A stretch of DNA of 63,998 nt, counting the filler, from an uncultured bacterium (GTDB lineage Bacteria; DAOPZR01): NCBI GenBank assembly GCA_964637655.1. It is 15 parts of 15 records of this genome, joined end to end, with 100 filler letters (N's around TTAATTAATTAA, not from the genome) between each part and the next. Parts side by side here need not be neighbours in the genome. Positions count along the whole stretch, not along the records: positions 18,168 to 22,526 come from CAZWUZ010000302.1; positions 22,627 to 26,966 come from CAZWUZ010000303.1; positions 27,067 to 31,388 come from CAZWUZ010000304.1; positions 31,489 to 35,802 come from CAZWUZ010000305.1; 11 more parts are not named here. One strand, written 5' to 3'. Within the stretch, counting starts at the first letter, position 1; the number at the start of each line of letters is the position of its first letter. Position numbers and translations under genes: made by a program. Positions 21,775-31,697 of the stretch are shown here, in pieces. The notes beneath the pieces are model-generated. The model was not told where the DNA came from, did no database searches, and saw only the letters and a program-made list of their open reading frames with translations.

Positions 21775-22143
21775 ATGGCGGGAACGAAAAAGCGGGTACT
21801 CAAGCCGGAGACGGTGGCGAAGCGGATTGTCACGGCACTCGACGAACTGAAGGGGATCAGGCCGGTGGTGCTCGACGTTGCGGCCCGCACGGCGCTCGCC
21901 GACCGCTTCGTCATTGTCAGCGGGCGCTCGCACACGCATGTGCAGGCGCTGTTTGCCGGGCTCTACCGCGCGATGAAGAAGGCGGGAATACGCCTTTACC
22001 ACAGCGAGGGGGAGAGTGCCGGGCAGTGGATCCTTGCTGATTACGGGGCGGTGGTGGTGCATATCTTCGAACACGAGGCGCGCGACCGGTACGCGCTCGA
22101 AGAATTATGGGCGGCTGCAGAAACGCCGCCGGACAGCCGATAG
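21775..22143 (+). CDS. rsfS: Ribosome silencing factor
   Basis: DRFVIVSG.S..HV, WILADYGAVVVHIF, RDRYALEELW. Confidence 0.95.
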   Translation: MAGTKKRVLKPETVAKRIVTALDELKGIRPVVLDVAARTALADRFVIVSGRSHTHVQALFAGLYRAMKKAGIRLYHSEGESAGQWILADYGAVVVHIFEHEARDRYALEELWAAAETPPDSR

Positions 22144-22218
22144 TAACCGGATAGGCCCGTCCGCTGTCCAACTGTCGGGCAGGACGGAAATAAGGCAACG
22201 AAAACCCCGGCGCGGCGG

Positions 22219-22246
22219 TTGACAGCATCGGGGATATCCGCTACAC
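22219..22246 (+). promoter_or_regulatory. sigma70-type promoter
   Basis: TTGACA-16 nt-TACACT upstream of a GGAGGGGAG RBS. Confidence 0.55.
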
Positions 22247-22272
22247 TCGCTCTGGGAGCGGAGGGGAGACGG

Positions 22273-22526
22273 ATGGCGCAGCCACTGGTGCGCTACACCA
22301 GCGAACAGGTGTTTGACCGGCATCGCGGCGGGAAGATCGAGGTGGTCTCCCGTGTGCCCTGCGCCTCCGCGCTCGACCTGACCCTCGCCTATACGCCGGG
22401 GGTGGCTGAGGTCTGTCGCGCCATCGCTGCTGAGCCCGCCCGCGCCCTTGACTGCACCACCGTCGGCAACATGGTCGCGGTAATCAGCAACGGCACCGCC
22501 ATCCTCGGGCTGGGCGATATCGGGCC
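22273..22526 (+). CDS. NAD(P)-dependent malic enzyme, N-terminal part
   Basis: GKIEV, DLTLAYTPGVAEVC, VAVISNGTAILGLGDIG. Confidence 0.92.
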
Positions 22527-22649
22527 NNNNNNNNNNNNNNNNNNNNNNNNNNNNNNNNNNNNNNNNNNNNTTAATTAATTAANNNNNNNNNNNNNNNNNN
22601 NNNNNNNNNNNNNNNNNNNNNNNNNNAGGTGTGCGCCGGCAGCTGAACG

Positions 22650-23840
22650 ATGTCCGCGCCTGAGCGACTGGTCGCGCTGCTGGCAGAGCGCTACGGGTTT
22701 GCCGACACGGTACTCACGGAGAGTGCGCTGACGCGGGCGCTGGCGGCGGTGCCGGGTGATGCGGCGGCGGTGCTGGCCGACCCGGCCCTGGCTGACGCGG
22801 TGGCGGCGCACCTTTGCGTATCGGAAACATGGTTCTGCCGCGACCGCGGCGCTTTTGTGGCGGCGGCAGCGCAGGCACAGGCGTGCCGGCAGCGCCGGCC
22901 GGCGACTCCGGTGCGCGTTCTCTGCGCCGGCTGCGCGACGGGCGAAGAGGCCTACAGCGCCGTCTTTACCCTGCACGAGGCGGGACTGCCGCTCGCGGCC
23001 ATCAGCATCGAGGCGTTCGATCTCAGTGCGCCGGCGCTGACGAAAGCGGCGACCGCGACCTACACGGACTACTCGTTCCGCCAATGCCCGGACGGATTCA
23101 GGACACGCTGGTTCACGGATACCGCGGAGGGCTGGACCGTCAGGCCGGAGTACCGTCAGCGTGTGCGTTTCCGTGCCGGCAACCTGCTCGCGCCGCCCGT
23201 CGCGGCAGGCACCTTTGACCTGGTCTTCTGCCGCAATGTCTTTCTCTATTTGCATGCGCAGGCGCGGGCGCAGGCGCGGCAGACATTGAGCGCGCTGCTC
23301 GCGCCGGACGGCATTCTGCTCGCCGGTGCCGCGGAAACGGGGATGGTCTGGGCACCGGACCTGGTTCCGGCCGGCACACCGGAGCAGTTCTCATTCCGCC
23401 GTGCGGTTGCGGCACCGGCAGCCGCGGCACCGGTGACACCGGCTGCGGCGCGACCGGCAGCGGCGCCGCGCCCGGCGGCGCTGCCGCCGCTGGCCGGGCC
23501 GGTAACCGTGACCGCCGTGCCGGACACCGGCGTTGCGCCGACCCTTGACGCGGCGCAGGCCTGTGCCGACCGCGGCGACCTGCAGCGGGCCGCCGCGCTC
23601 TGTGATGCCCTGCTGCAGCAGGAGGCGACGCCCGGCGTGCTCTACCTGCGCGGGATGCTCCACCAGGCGCAGCGCGAGGATGACGCGGCCCAGCGTTGTT
23701 TCGCGCAGGCGGTGTACCTCGACCCGCGCCATGCGGCAGCGCTGCAGGCGCTGGCGCTGCAGCGCGCGGCGGCAGGGGCGCATGCCAGTGCCGCCCGGCT
23801 GCGGGCGCAGGCAGCGCGCACGGCGGGAGAAGCACGATGA
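22650..23840 (+). CDS. cheR: CheR methyltransferase with C-terminal TPR (WspC-like)
   Basis: ETWFCRD, GCATGEEAYS, FDLVFCRNV; TPR with AVYLDPRH. Confidence 0.9.
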   Translation: MSAPERLVALLAERYGFADTVLTESALTRALAAVPGDAAAVLADPALADAVAAHLCVSETWFCRDRGAFVAAAAQAQACRQRRPATPVRVLCAGCATGEEAYSAVFTLHEAGLPLAAISIEAFDLSAPALTKAATATYTDYSFRQCPDGFRTRWFTDTAEGWTVRPEYRQRVRFRAGNLLAPPVAAGTFDLVFCRNVFLYLHAQARAQARQTLSALLAPDGILLAGAAETGMVWAPDLVPAGTPEQFSFRRAVAAPAAAAPVTPAAARPAAAPRPAALPPLAGPVTVTAVPDTGVAPTLDAAQACADRGDLQRAAALCDALLQQEATPGVLYLRGMLHQAQREDDAAQRCFAQAVYLDPRHAAALQALALQRAAAGAHASAARLRAQAARTAGEAR

Positions 23841-24484
23841 GCGACGCGCCGCGCGACGCCTGCTGGAACCGCATCGGTGTCTGGGGCGACGGCACGGAAC
23901 GCTGCCCGCGCCTCGACGAGACCATCACCTGTGTCAATTGCGACGTCTACGCCGCGGCAGGACGCGCGTTCTTCGCGCGTCCCGCGCCTGACGCCTACCT
24001 CGCCGAGTGGACGACGCTGCTCACCGCCGCCAAGCAGGAAGTGCCAGCCGGGCGGGTCGCGGTCATGGTCTTCCGTCTCGGGGAGGAGCACTACGCGGTG
24101 CCGGTGGTCGCGGTGCGCGAGGTGCTCAATAACCGCCGCTGCCACAGCATCCCGCATCGCAGCAGCCCGCTGCTCATCGGCCTCGCGTTCGTGCATGGCG
24201 AGATGGTGCTCTGCGGCGGACTGCCGGCGCTGCTCGGGTGCGACTGCACCGCCACGCCGCAGCGTGCGCTGCTGCTCGAGGCCGACGGGGAACGCTGGTT
24301 CTGCCCGGTGGCCGCCGTCGAGGCGGTGACGCATATCGACCTGCAGGTACTGGAAAAACCGCCGGTGTCGGTCAGCAAATCGGCGGCGCCCTTCCTGCAG
24401 GGGATATTCCGCCGCAATGATGAACCGGTCGGGCTGCTGGTCGCCCCCGCGGTGCTGCAGGCGCTGCGCCGGAGCGTGGCATGA
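23837..24484 (+). CDS. cheW: CheW-domain protein (WspD-like)
   Basis: CWNRIGVWGD...CP.L...C.NC.VY N-terminus, then CheW domain (HSIPHR, GLAFVHGE); ATGA-coupled. Confidence 0.88.
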   Translation: MSDAPRDACWNRIGVWGDGTERCPRLDETITCVNCDVYAAAGRAFFARPAPDAYLAEWTTLLTAAKQEVPAGRVAVMVFRLGEEHYAVPVVAVREVLNNRRCHSIPHRSSPLLIGLAFVHGEMVLCGGLPALLGCDCTATPQRALLLEADGERWFCPVAAVEAVTHIDLQVLEKPPVSVSKSAAPFLQGIFRRNDEPVGLLVAPAVLQALRRSVA

Positions 24485-26966
24485 GCGGGCTGGGCGACCT
24501 GTCGCTCTACGAACTCTTTCGCGCGGAGGTCGAGACGCAGGCCGCCGTGCTCAACGAGGGTCTGCTCGCGCTCGAACGCGCCCCGCAGGAGACCGCGCGC
24601 ATCGAGCCGCTGATGCGCGCGGCGCACAGCATCAAGGGGGCGGCCCGCATCGTGCAGCTCGACGCCGCGGTGACGGTCGCCCATGCGATGGAGGACCGGC
24701 TGGTCGCCGCGCAGCGCGGGACGAAACCGCTCGACGCGTCGGTCATTGACGCGCTGCTGCGCGGCACCGATATGCTGCAGACGCTGTCGCGCTGTGCCCC
24801 GGGCGAGGTGGCGGCTGCGAGCGCGGCCAGCGCGGCGGAGCGCGAGGCGCTCAGCGCCGCGCTGGCCGGCACCGCCCCGCTGCCGCCGCCTGCTGCCGCG
24901 CCTGCTCCGGTTGCGGCTGCCCCGACTGTCGTGCCCCCGGTCGCTACGCCCGTTGCCGCGCCGCCTGCGACCGCGCCGCCGGCGGTACGGTCTCCGGCCG
25001 CGCCCGCGCCGCCGCTGGCAGACCTGTCGATGTGGGAACTCTTCCGCAGCGAAGTCGAGACGCAGGCGCAGGTGCTCACTGACGGACTGCTGCTGGTGGA
25101 ACGCGAGCAGCAGCCGGACGCGCTGGCGACGCTGATGCGTGCGGCGCACAGTATCAAGGGGGCGGCGCGCATGGTGCGCTGCGACCCGGCAGTGCGCCTC
25201 GCGCATGTGATGGAGGACCGGCTCGTCGCGGCGCAGCGGGGAACGCTGCTCACGGCTGACACGATTGACGCGCTGTTGCGCGGCACCGACCTGCTGCGCG
25301 CGGCCGCGCAGAGCGATCCCGGCGCGATCGCGGAGTGGGCAGCCGCGCAGGAAGCGGAGCTCGCGCAGGTTGCCGCGGTCTGCAGCGGGACCGCACCGGC
25401 ACCGCCGGCTGCTCCGGTTGCGCCGCCGCCCGCAGCGCCGCCGGCGGCACCGGTGGCCGCGGCCGTACCGGCGCCGGCACAACCGGCACCGGCAGCACCG
25501 GCACGCCCGGTGCAGCGCGACCTGCGCCTCAGCGCGGAACGTCTCGACCGGCTGCTCGGGCTGGCAGGCGAGGTACTGGTCGAGGCGCGCCGCCTGCATG
25601 AGGTGGCCGCCATGCTGCAGGCGGGCAAGCGCGACCTGGGCGACCTGAACAAGCTGCTCGACCGCGCGCGGGAAACGGGGAGCGCGGAACATCTCGAACG
25701 CGCCCTGCGCAGCGGCGAGCAGGCGCGCGCCACGGTGACGGGCAACATCGCCACCTTCGAGCAGATGCTGCGCCGCTCCGAGGCGATTGCCGACCGCCTT
25801 TACCGCGAAGTGGTGGCCAGCCGCATGCGTCCCTTTGCCGACGGGGTCGAGGGGTTCCCGCGCATGTTGCGCGACCTCGCGCGGCAGCTGGGCAAGCAGG
25901 TGCGCCTGAATATCGCCGGGCAGGATACCGGGGTCGACCGCGACATCCTCGAACGCCTCGAGGCGCCCCTTACCCACCTGCTGCGCAATGCGCTCGACCA
26001 TGGTATCGAACTCCCCGCGGAGCGCACCGCGGCGGGCAAGCCGGCCGAGGGAACCATCACGCTCAGCGCGGCGCACCGCGCGGGGATGCTGCTCATCACG
26101 CTGCAGGATGACGGGCGCGGGGTCGACTACGACAAACTGCGCGCGCGCATCCGCGAACGCAACCTCGCCCCGGCCGAGGTGCTCGACAAGGTCAGTCGCG
26201 AGGAACTGCTCGAATTCCTCTACCTGCCGGGCTTTTCCACCGCCGCGCAGGTGAGTGAAATCTCCGGGCGCGGGGTCGGCATGGATGTCGTGCTGACGAC
26301 CATGCAGGAGGTGGGCGGGACCATCCGCACCGTGTCGGAGACGGGACAGGGGATGTGCGTGACGCTGCACCTGCCGCTGACCCTGTCGGTCATCCGCGCG
26401 CTGCTCGTCGAACTGGCGGGGGAAATCTACGCTTTCCCGCTGGCCCGGCTTGACCGCGCGCTGCTTGCTGACCAGGACGCGGTGCGCAGCATCGAGGGAC
26501 GTCAGTATCTCACGGTCGACGACGACAATATCGGGCTGATCAGCGCGCGGCAGGTGCTTGGGCTGCCGGAGACCCCGCCCGCCGAAGCGGTGCCGGTGGC
26601 GGTGGTCAGCGACCGCATGCACCGCTACGGGCTGGCGGTCGACCGGTTTATCGGCGAGGTCGACCTCGTGGTCAAGCGCCTTGACCGCCGGCTGGGCAAG
26701 GTACCCGACATCAGCGCCGCGGCGCAATGCGCCGACGGGACGCCCGTGCTCATCTTCGATGTCGACGACCTCGTGCGCTCGGTGGACAACCTGCTGCATG
26801 GCAGCCGCCCGCGCCGCGTCGCCGGGCTCGCCGAGCGCGGCCGCCGCACGCGCGTGCTGGTCGTCGACGATTCGCTCACCGTGCGCGAGGTCGAACGCAA
26901 GCTGCTCGAAAACCACGGCTACGAGGTGACCGTGGCGGTGGACGGGATGGACGGCTGGCACGCGGT
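24481..26966 (+). CDS. cheA: Hybrid CheA-REC kinase (WspE-like) with two Hpt domains, 3'-truncated
   Basis: Two MRAAHSIKGAAR Hpt motifs, HLLRNALDHG, DDGRG, SGRGVGMD, CheW domain, start of REC (VLVVDDSLTVR). Confidence 0.93.
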
Positions 26967-27066
26967 NNNNNNNNNNNNNNNNNNNNNNNNNNNNNNNNNN
27001 NNNNNNNNNNTTAATTAATTAANNNNNNNNNNNNNNNNNNNNNNNNNNNNNNNNNNNNNNNNNNNN

Positions 27067-27160
27067 CGAACACCGCCGCCGCCAGCAGCAGCATGAGAAT
27101 AGCGGCGCTGAGCGCCAGCAGCAGCAGGTCCTGCACCAGCAGGTGGGCCACTCCCGTCAC
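27067..27160 (-). CDS. N-terminal TM segment of a truncated membrane protein
   Basis: GTG...LLLLALSAAILMLLAAAVF directly after the response regulator stop. Confidence 0.4.
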
Positions 27161-27164
27161 GGGG

Positions 27165-28592
27165 TCAGCGCCGCAGCAGGCGGCGCACGCGCGCCGCCAG
27201 TTCAGTCGGGGAAAAGGGCTTGGTCAGGTAGTCGCTCGCCCCCAGCGCGAGGCCGCGCGCGATATCACGGTCGGCACTCAGCCCGGTCAGCAGCATCACC
27301 GGCAGCGCGGCATGCTGCGGCTGCGCGCGTACCGCCTGCAGCACCTGCAGCCCGTCGAGCACCGGCATCTGCACGTCAAGCAGCAGCAGGTCACAGCCGC
27401 GGGCCGCCAGCGCGTCGAGTGCCGCCTGCCCGTCCGCCGCGCACTCGACCGTCAGCCCCTCGCGGGTCAGCCGGTGGCGGACCAGCGCGGCAAAGAGGTC
27501 GTCATCCTCCGCCAGCAGCACGCGGTGGGGCGACCCGACGCTGCAGGTCGCCGGGGTCACCGTGCGGTCACGCCCGTGCGCCTTGGCCTCCTCGAGGCAG
27601 CGCAGGGCTTCATCCAGCGCCTCGTCAGCAGCACCCGTCCCTGCCGGCGCCACCCCCGCGGAAAAGGTGCCCCCACCCGCGGTACGAAACGCCTGCCGCG
27701 CCGCCTCCACCGCAGCGGTCGCTGCCGGCAGGTCACTGCCGGTAATAAGCACCGCCAGCGTCCCGCCCGCCCAGCGCGCCACGCAGGCCGGGGCCGGGGA
27801 CGTCGCCTGCAGCGCCGCCACGGCCTGACGCAACAGGGCATTGCCCGCTGCCTCCCCGCGGGCGGCATTGTATGCCGTCAGTCCGTCGAGGTCGACCGCC
27901 GTAAGCAGCGCCGGCGTGCCTGCCGGCAGTGCGGCCAGCGCCTGTACCAGTGCGGCGCGGCTGCCGGCCCCGGTCACCGGGTCGAGCAGTGGCGAAGCCG
28001 GCGCCGCGGCCAGCCGGGCGATAACTGTCGCAGTGAGCAACGCGACATCGAACGGTTTTTCGAAATACCCGGCAGCGCCGAGGGCGAGGCATTCCGCTTT
28101 GACCACCGCTCCCGGATGCCCGGAGAGCACGATAACCGGAATGGCTGCCGTTGCCGGTGTCTCCTTGAAAGCGACCAGCAGGTTGCGTCCGTCCGCGTCG
28201 CCCAGCGTCAGGTCGAGCAGGATCAGGTCAATGGCGTGCGTGGCGAGCAGCTGCCGCGTCGCGGGCACATCGGTGGCGAGCACCACCTGCTGCCCCGCCC
28301 GCGTCAGCACCGCCCGCAGCAAGGCGCCAATGGCCGGGTCATCATCGATGACCAGCACGGTCCGGGCCGCCTGTCCGGGGAGTGCCGCCAGCAGTTCCGC
28401 CCCCGCCGCGCGGCAGGCGGCATCATCCGCCGCCGCGCGCAGGCGTGCCGCCGCGGCGTGCACTGCCGTCGGCGCCGCGACCGGCAGCACGGACGCCAGG
28501 CGGCGCAGGGTCGCCGCCGCCGGTGCTGATTCCGCCAGGGCGAGTCGCAACGCTTCACGCATGCCGGCCAGCGCCGACACCGGTTCCGTCAC
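27165..28592 (-). CDS. REC-GGDEF(degenerate)-REC response regulator
   Basis: Two REC domains (VLVIDDD, LLAEDDD, KPF); central DPVTG...DLDG..YN...G...GN..L with RWAGGTL in place of GGDEF. Confidence 0.85.
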   Translation of the reverse strand: MTEPVSALAGMREALRLALAESAPAAATLRRLASVLPVAAPTAVHAAAARLRAAADDAACRAAGAELLAALPGQAARTVLVIDDDPAIGALLRAVLTRAGQQVVLATDVPATRQLLATHAIDLILLDLTLGDADGRNLLVAFKETPATAAIPVIVLSGHPGAVVKAECLALGAAGYFEKPFDVALLTATVIARLAAAPASPLLDPVTGAGSRAALVQALAALPAGTPALLTAVDLDGLTAYNAARGEAAGNALLRQAVAALQATSPAPACVARWAGGTLAVLITGSDLPAATAAVEAARQAFRTAGGGTFSAGVAPAGTGAADEALDEALRCLEEAKAHGRDRTVTPATCSVGSPHRVLLAEDDDLFAALVRHRLTREGLTVECAADGQAALDALAARGCDLLLLDVQMPVLDGLQVLQAVRAQPQHAALPVMLLTGLSADRDIARGLALGASDYLTKPFSPTELAARVRRLLRR

Positions 28593-28617
28593 GTCGGTAT
28601 CCTTCCGTCTGTCCGGT

Positions 28618-29361
28618 TCAGAGGAACTTCGAGGTGCTCTTCTTCTTTTCCATGCCGAGGAAATACTTCACCGCATGGTACGGGATGATAAACTGGTGAT
28701 GCGTCGAATCGGAGAGGACGATTTCCGGCTGGTTGAGTTCGTTCTGGCGCACCGCACGCAGTTTGCCGAGCATCTCCCCCCCCTCGGGGAAGACCACCTT
28801 GATCTCGGTGCCCTCCTCGATGAGCCGCTGCAGCGTCATCAGTTCCGGGCCGCCTCCGGTCGTCTCGCTGCCGCCCGCCTCGCCGGCCGCATCAGCCCCG
28901 GTGCCGCCGCCCCACTGCACGGCGTTGACGATGCGGTCGCTGGCCCCGCGCAGGCGTCCGGCCAGCAGTTGCGCCGTCGCGGTCATCACCTTGACCGCCA
29001 GCGCGGGATGCGTCGCCGCCAGCGTGTCGTACTGCGCGTGGTCCATTTCGAGCACCACGGAGGTCTGCAACGCGCGCGCCGTGGCGCTGCGCGGGCTGAC
29101 ATCGAGAAACGCCAGTTCGCCGAAGACGTCGCCGGGCCGCATCAGCCCGAGGATCTTCTCGCTGCCGTCCGTCCCCTTCTTGACGATCTTGACCCCGCCC
29201 TCGCGCACGATGAAGAGCGCCGTGCCGCTGTCCCCCTGGTTGAATACCGGGGCCTGCGCCTCGACCGTGCGCTCGCGCAGCGCGCCCGCCAGCGCGACGA
29301 CCTCCTCGTCGTTCAGATCCTTGCACAGCGAGGTGACTTTCAGAAAATCGGCAGCGCTCAT
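28618..29361 (-). CDS. Cyclic-nucleotide-binding protein with C-terminal Hfq/Sm-like domain
   Basis: VFNQGD, FGELAFLDVSPRSATARA; Gly-rich linker; C-terminus IKVVFPEGGEMLGKL...QFIIPYHAVKYF; no Crp HTH. Confidence 0.8.
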   Translation of the reverse strand: MSAADFLKVTSLCKDLNDEEVVALAGALRERTVEAQAPVFNQGDSGTALFIVREGGVKIVKKGTDGSEKILGLMRPGDVFGELAFLDVSPRSATARALQTSVVLEMDHAQYDTLAATHPALAVKVMTATAQLLAGRLRGASDRIVNAVQWGGGTGADAAGEAGGSETTGGGPELMTLQRLIEEGTEIKVVFPEGGEMLGKLRAVRQNELNQPEIVLSDSTHHQFIIPYHAVKYFLGMEKKKSTSKFL

Positions 29362-29394
29362 GGTCCGGCCTCCCTGCGGTTTGCCCGCCAGTGG

Positions 29395-29423
29395 ATTGTA
29401 GCCATCCTGCCGCCCCCCGTCAA
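29395..29423 (-). promoter_or_regulatory. sigma70-type promoter for the cNMP gene
   Basis: TTGACG-17 nt-TACAAT; AGGGAGG RBS downstream. Confidence 0.65.
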
Positions 29424-30472
29424 GGCGCGTCCTCCCCCCCGGCCGGCAGCAGCGGGAGCGACAGCTTGACCCGTGTCCCCTGCCCGGGCGCCGACTCGAT
29501 GAGGATGGCCCCGCGATGCGCGCGGATGATCTCGCTGGTGATCGACAGGCCCAGCCCGAACCCGCGCGCCGGGCGCGGCGGCTTGGCCGACGCCTTGTAG
29601 AACTTGCGCAGCACCAGGGTGCGCTCCTCCTCGGGGATGCCGCACCCGGTGTCGGCGACAGTCAGCAGCACATGCTGCCCGAGTTGCTCCGCCTGCAGGG
29701 AGATACTCCCCCCCGCCGGGGTGAACTTCACGGCATTGTCGACGAGGTTGATCAGCACCTGTTCGAGCCGGTCGCGGTCGGCAACCAGGGCGAACCCGTC
29801 GGGGATGGCCGTCGACCAGTGCAGGTCGTGCTCGCGCAGCAGCGGGGCGAAGAGCGCCGCCACCGAGGCGGCAAGGTCAGCGAGCCGCAGCGGCATAAAG
29901 CGGAACTGCACCATGCCGCGTTCGAGCTTGAGCAGGTCGATCTGCGCGTTGACCAGCTTGACCAGGCGCTGCGTGTGGTCGCCGATGATGGCGAGAAAGC
30001 GCCGCGCATTCTCCGGTTCGTCAATCGCCCCGTCACGCAGCGTCTCGATGAACCCGAGCATCGAGGTGAGCGGGGTGCGCAGCTCGTGGCTGACATTCTC
30101 GATGAAGGTCTTCTGCACGCGCTCGGTGCGCCGCGCCTCGCTGACATCGTGCAGCAGCAGCAGCAGGCGGTGGTCGTCACCGTCCGCGTAGGGGACGAAC
30201 GTCACCCGGTACTCGCTGCGCTCCTCCCCGAGCTGCGCTTCGACGCTGTCCGCGCGCAGCGTGGCCACGGCATTGTAGCCGCGGTTGAGCAGGTCGAGGT
30301 CGGGGAGAAAATCGCCGAGGTGACGCCCGGCGGCGGTCGCCGGCGCCGTGCGCAGCAGCGCCGCCAGCGGCTGGTTGAGGTAGAGCAGCGTGCCGCTGCC
30401 GTCGAGCAGCGCCACCCCGTCGTCGAGATGCTCCGCCAGCAGGCGCAGCGCCTCGGGCACCGCCGCGCTCAT
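29420..30472 (-). CDS. Soluble PAS histidine kinase (PhoR-like)
   Basis: NVSHELRTPLTS H-box, NLVDNAVKFT, DTGCGI, GFGLGL; no TM helix. Confidence 0.9.
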   Translation of the reverse strand: MSAAVPEALRLLAEHLDDGVALLDGSGTLLYLNQPLAALLRTAPATAAGRHLGDFLPDLDLLNRGYNAVATLRADSVEAQLGEERSEYRVTFVPYADGDDHRLLLLLHDVSEARRTERVQKTFIENVSHELRTPLTSMLGFIETLRDGAIDEPENARRFLAIIGDHTQRLVKLVNAQIDLLKLERGMVQFRFMPLRLADLAASVAALFAPLLREHDLHWSTAIPDGFALVADRDRLEQVLINLVDNAVKFTPAGGSISLQAEQLGQHVLLTVADTGCGIPEEERTLVLRKFYKASAKPPRPARGFGLGLSITSEIIRAHRGAILIESAPGQGTRVKLSLPLLPAGGEDAP

Positions 30473-31161
30473 TCCGCCAGGGTGTAGCCGACGCCGCGGA
30501 TGGTCTTCAGCGGCGGCTGCATGCCGTCAAGCTTGCTGCGCAGGCGGCGGATATGCACGTCGATGGTGCGCTGGTCGCCGTAGTAGTCGCGGCCCCAGAC
30601 CTCGTCGAGGATATCGTTGCGGGTGAGCACCCGTCCGCGCTCGCGCACGAAGAGCAGCAGCAGGGCGAACTCCTTCTGCGTCAGTTCCACCCGCTGCCCC
30701 GCCACCTCGACCAGCCGGCGCGACTCGTCGATGCGCAGGTTGCCGGTGGCAACCGGTTCCGGGTCGGCCGCCGCCTGCGTCCGCCGCAGCAGCGCCTTCA
30801 GCCGGGCGAGCAGTTCCGCCATTTCGAACGGCTTGCCGAGGTAGTCATCGGCGCCGAGGTTGAGCCCGGTGACGCGGTCGTTGACCTCGGCCCGCGCGGT
30901 GAGCATGAGCACCGGCCAGCGCCGCGTCTTCTTCTCCTCGCGCAGCTGCCGGCAGATATCGAGCCCGTCCATGTCGGGGAGCATCAGGTCGAGCACCACC
31001 GCGCTGAACTCGCCGCTGAACGCCAGCCGCAGCGCCGTGCTGCCGTCCGCCGCGCGCGCCACCTCGTAGTTCTGCTTGCGCAGGTTGTATTCCAGCAGCT
31101 CCCCGATATCCTGCTCATCCTCGACCACGAGGATGCGCGGGCGGCGCAGGGGCGCGCTCAT
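30469..31161 (-). CDS. OmpR/PhoB-family response regulator
   Basis: ILVVEDE, LDLMLP, GADDYLGKPF, RTIDVHIRRLR, TIRGVGY. Confidence 0.93.
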   Translation of the reverse strand: MSAPLRRPRILVVEDEQDIGELLEYNLRKQNYEVARAADGSTALRLAFSGEFSAVVLDLMLPDMDGLDICRQLREEKKTRRWPVLMLTARAEVNDRVTGLNLGADDYLGKPFEMAELLARLKALLRRTQAAADPEPVATGNLRIDESRRLVEVAGQRVELTQKEFALLLLFVRERGRVLTRNDILDEVWGRDYYGDQRTIDVHIRRLRSKLDGMQPPLKTIRGVGYTLAE

Positions 31162-31388
31162 CGCCCCGCCGCCCGCTGCAGCCGCACGACATGTTCGTAC
31201 GGCAATTTGATAGTCCCGAGATAGATGCGGTCCTTGGCGGCACCGTGACAATCCGAGCCGCCAGTCACGCAGAGATTGGCGCGGCGCGCCACCGCGAGGA
31301 ATCGTTCTGTGTCCGCCGGCGAATGGTCGGGGTAGTAGACCTCGATGCCGCCGATGCCCAGCTCGATCAGCCGGTCGAGATCGCCCGG
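31158..31388 (-). CDS. PHP-domain phosphoesterase (TrpH/YciV-like), C-terminal part
   Basis: Manual translation GIEVYYPDH...VTGGSDCHG; ATGA-coupled to the regulator. Confidence 0.85.
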   Translation of the reverse strand, partial: PGDLDRLIELGIGGIEVYYPDHSPADTERFLAVARRANLCVTGGSDCHGAAKDRIYLGTIKLPYEHVVRLQRAAGR

Positions 31389-31488
31389 NNNNNNNNNNNN
31401 NNNNNNNNNNNNNNNNNNNNNNNNNNNNNNNNTTAATTAATTAANNNNNNNNNNNNNNNNNNNNNNNNNNNNNNNNNNNNNNNNNNNN

Positions 31489-31697
31489 CGCGCTCGGCCA
31501 CGGTCAAAACGCGCAGCGACAGTTCCTTTCTCGTCTTCCACAAGGAAAAGTTCGGGCAGCTGGTGCAGGAGGCGCCCTACACCGCCTTCAAGATCATCAT
31601 GCAACTCGCCAAGATCCTCTCCAACCGCCTCCGCGATACCAACGACCAGGTGGTCGATCTCGTCAACTTCCACCTGGCGATGAAACAGCAGCCATGA
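31489..31697 (+). CDS. cNMP-binding protein, C-terminal part
   Basis: Manual translation RSATVKT...AKILSNRLRDTNDQVV; ATGA-coupled to argD. Confidence 0.7.

Noticed and set aside
18168-22143. proA-nadD-yqeK-LCP-rsfS as a novel system
   Set aside because: This gene order is known from several bacterial phyla
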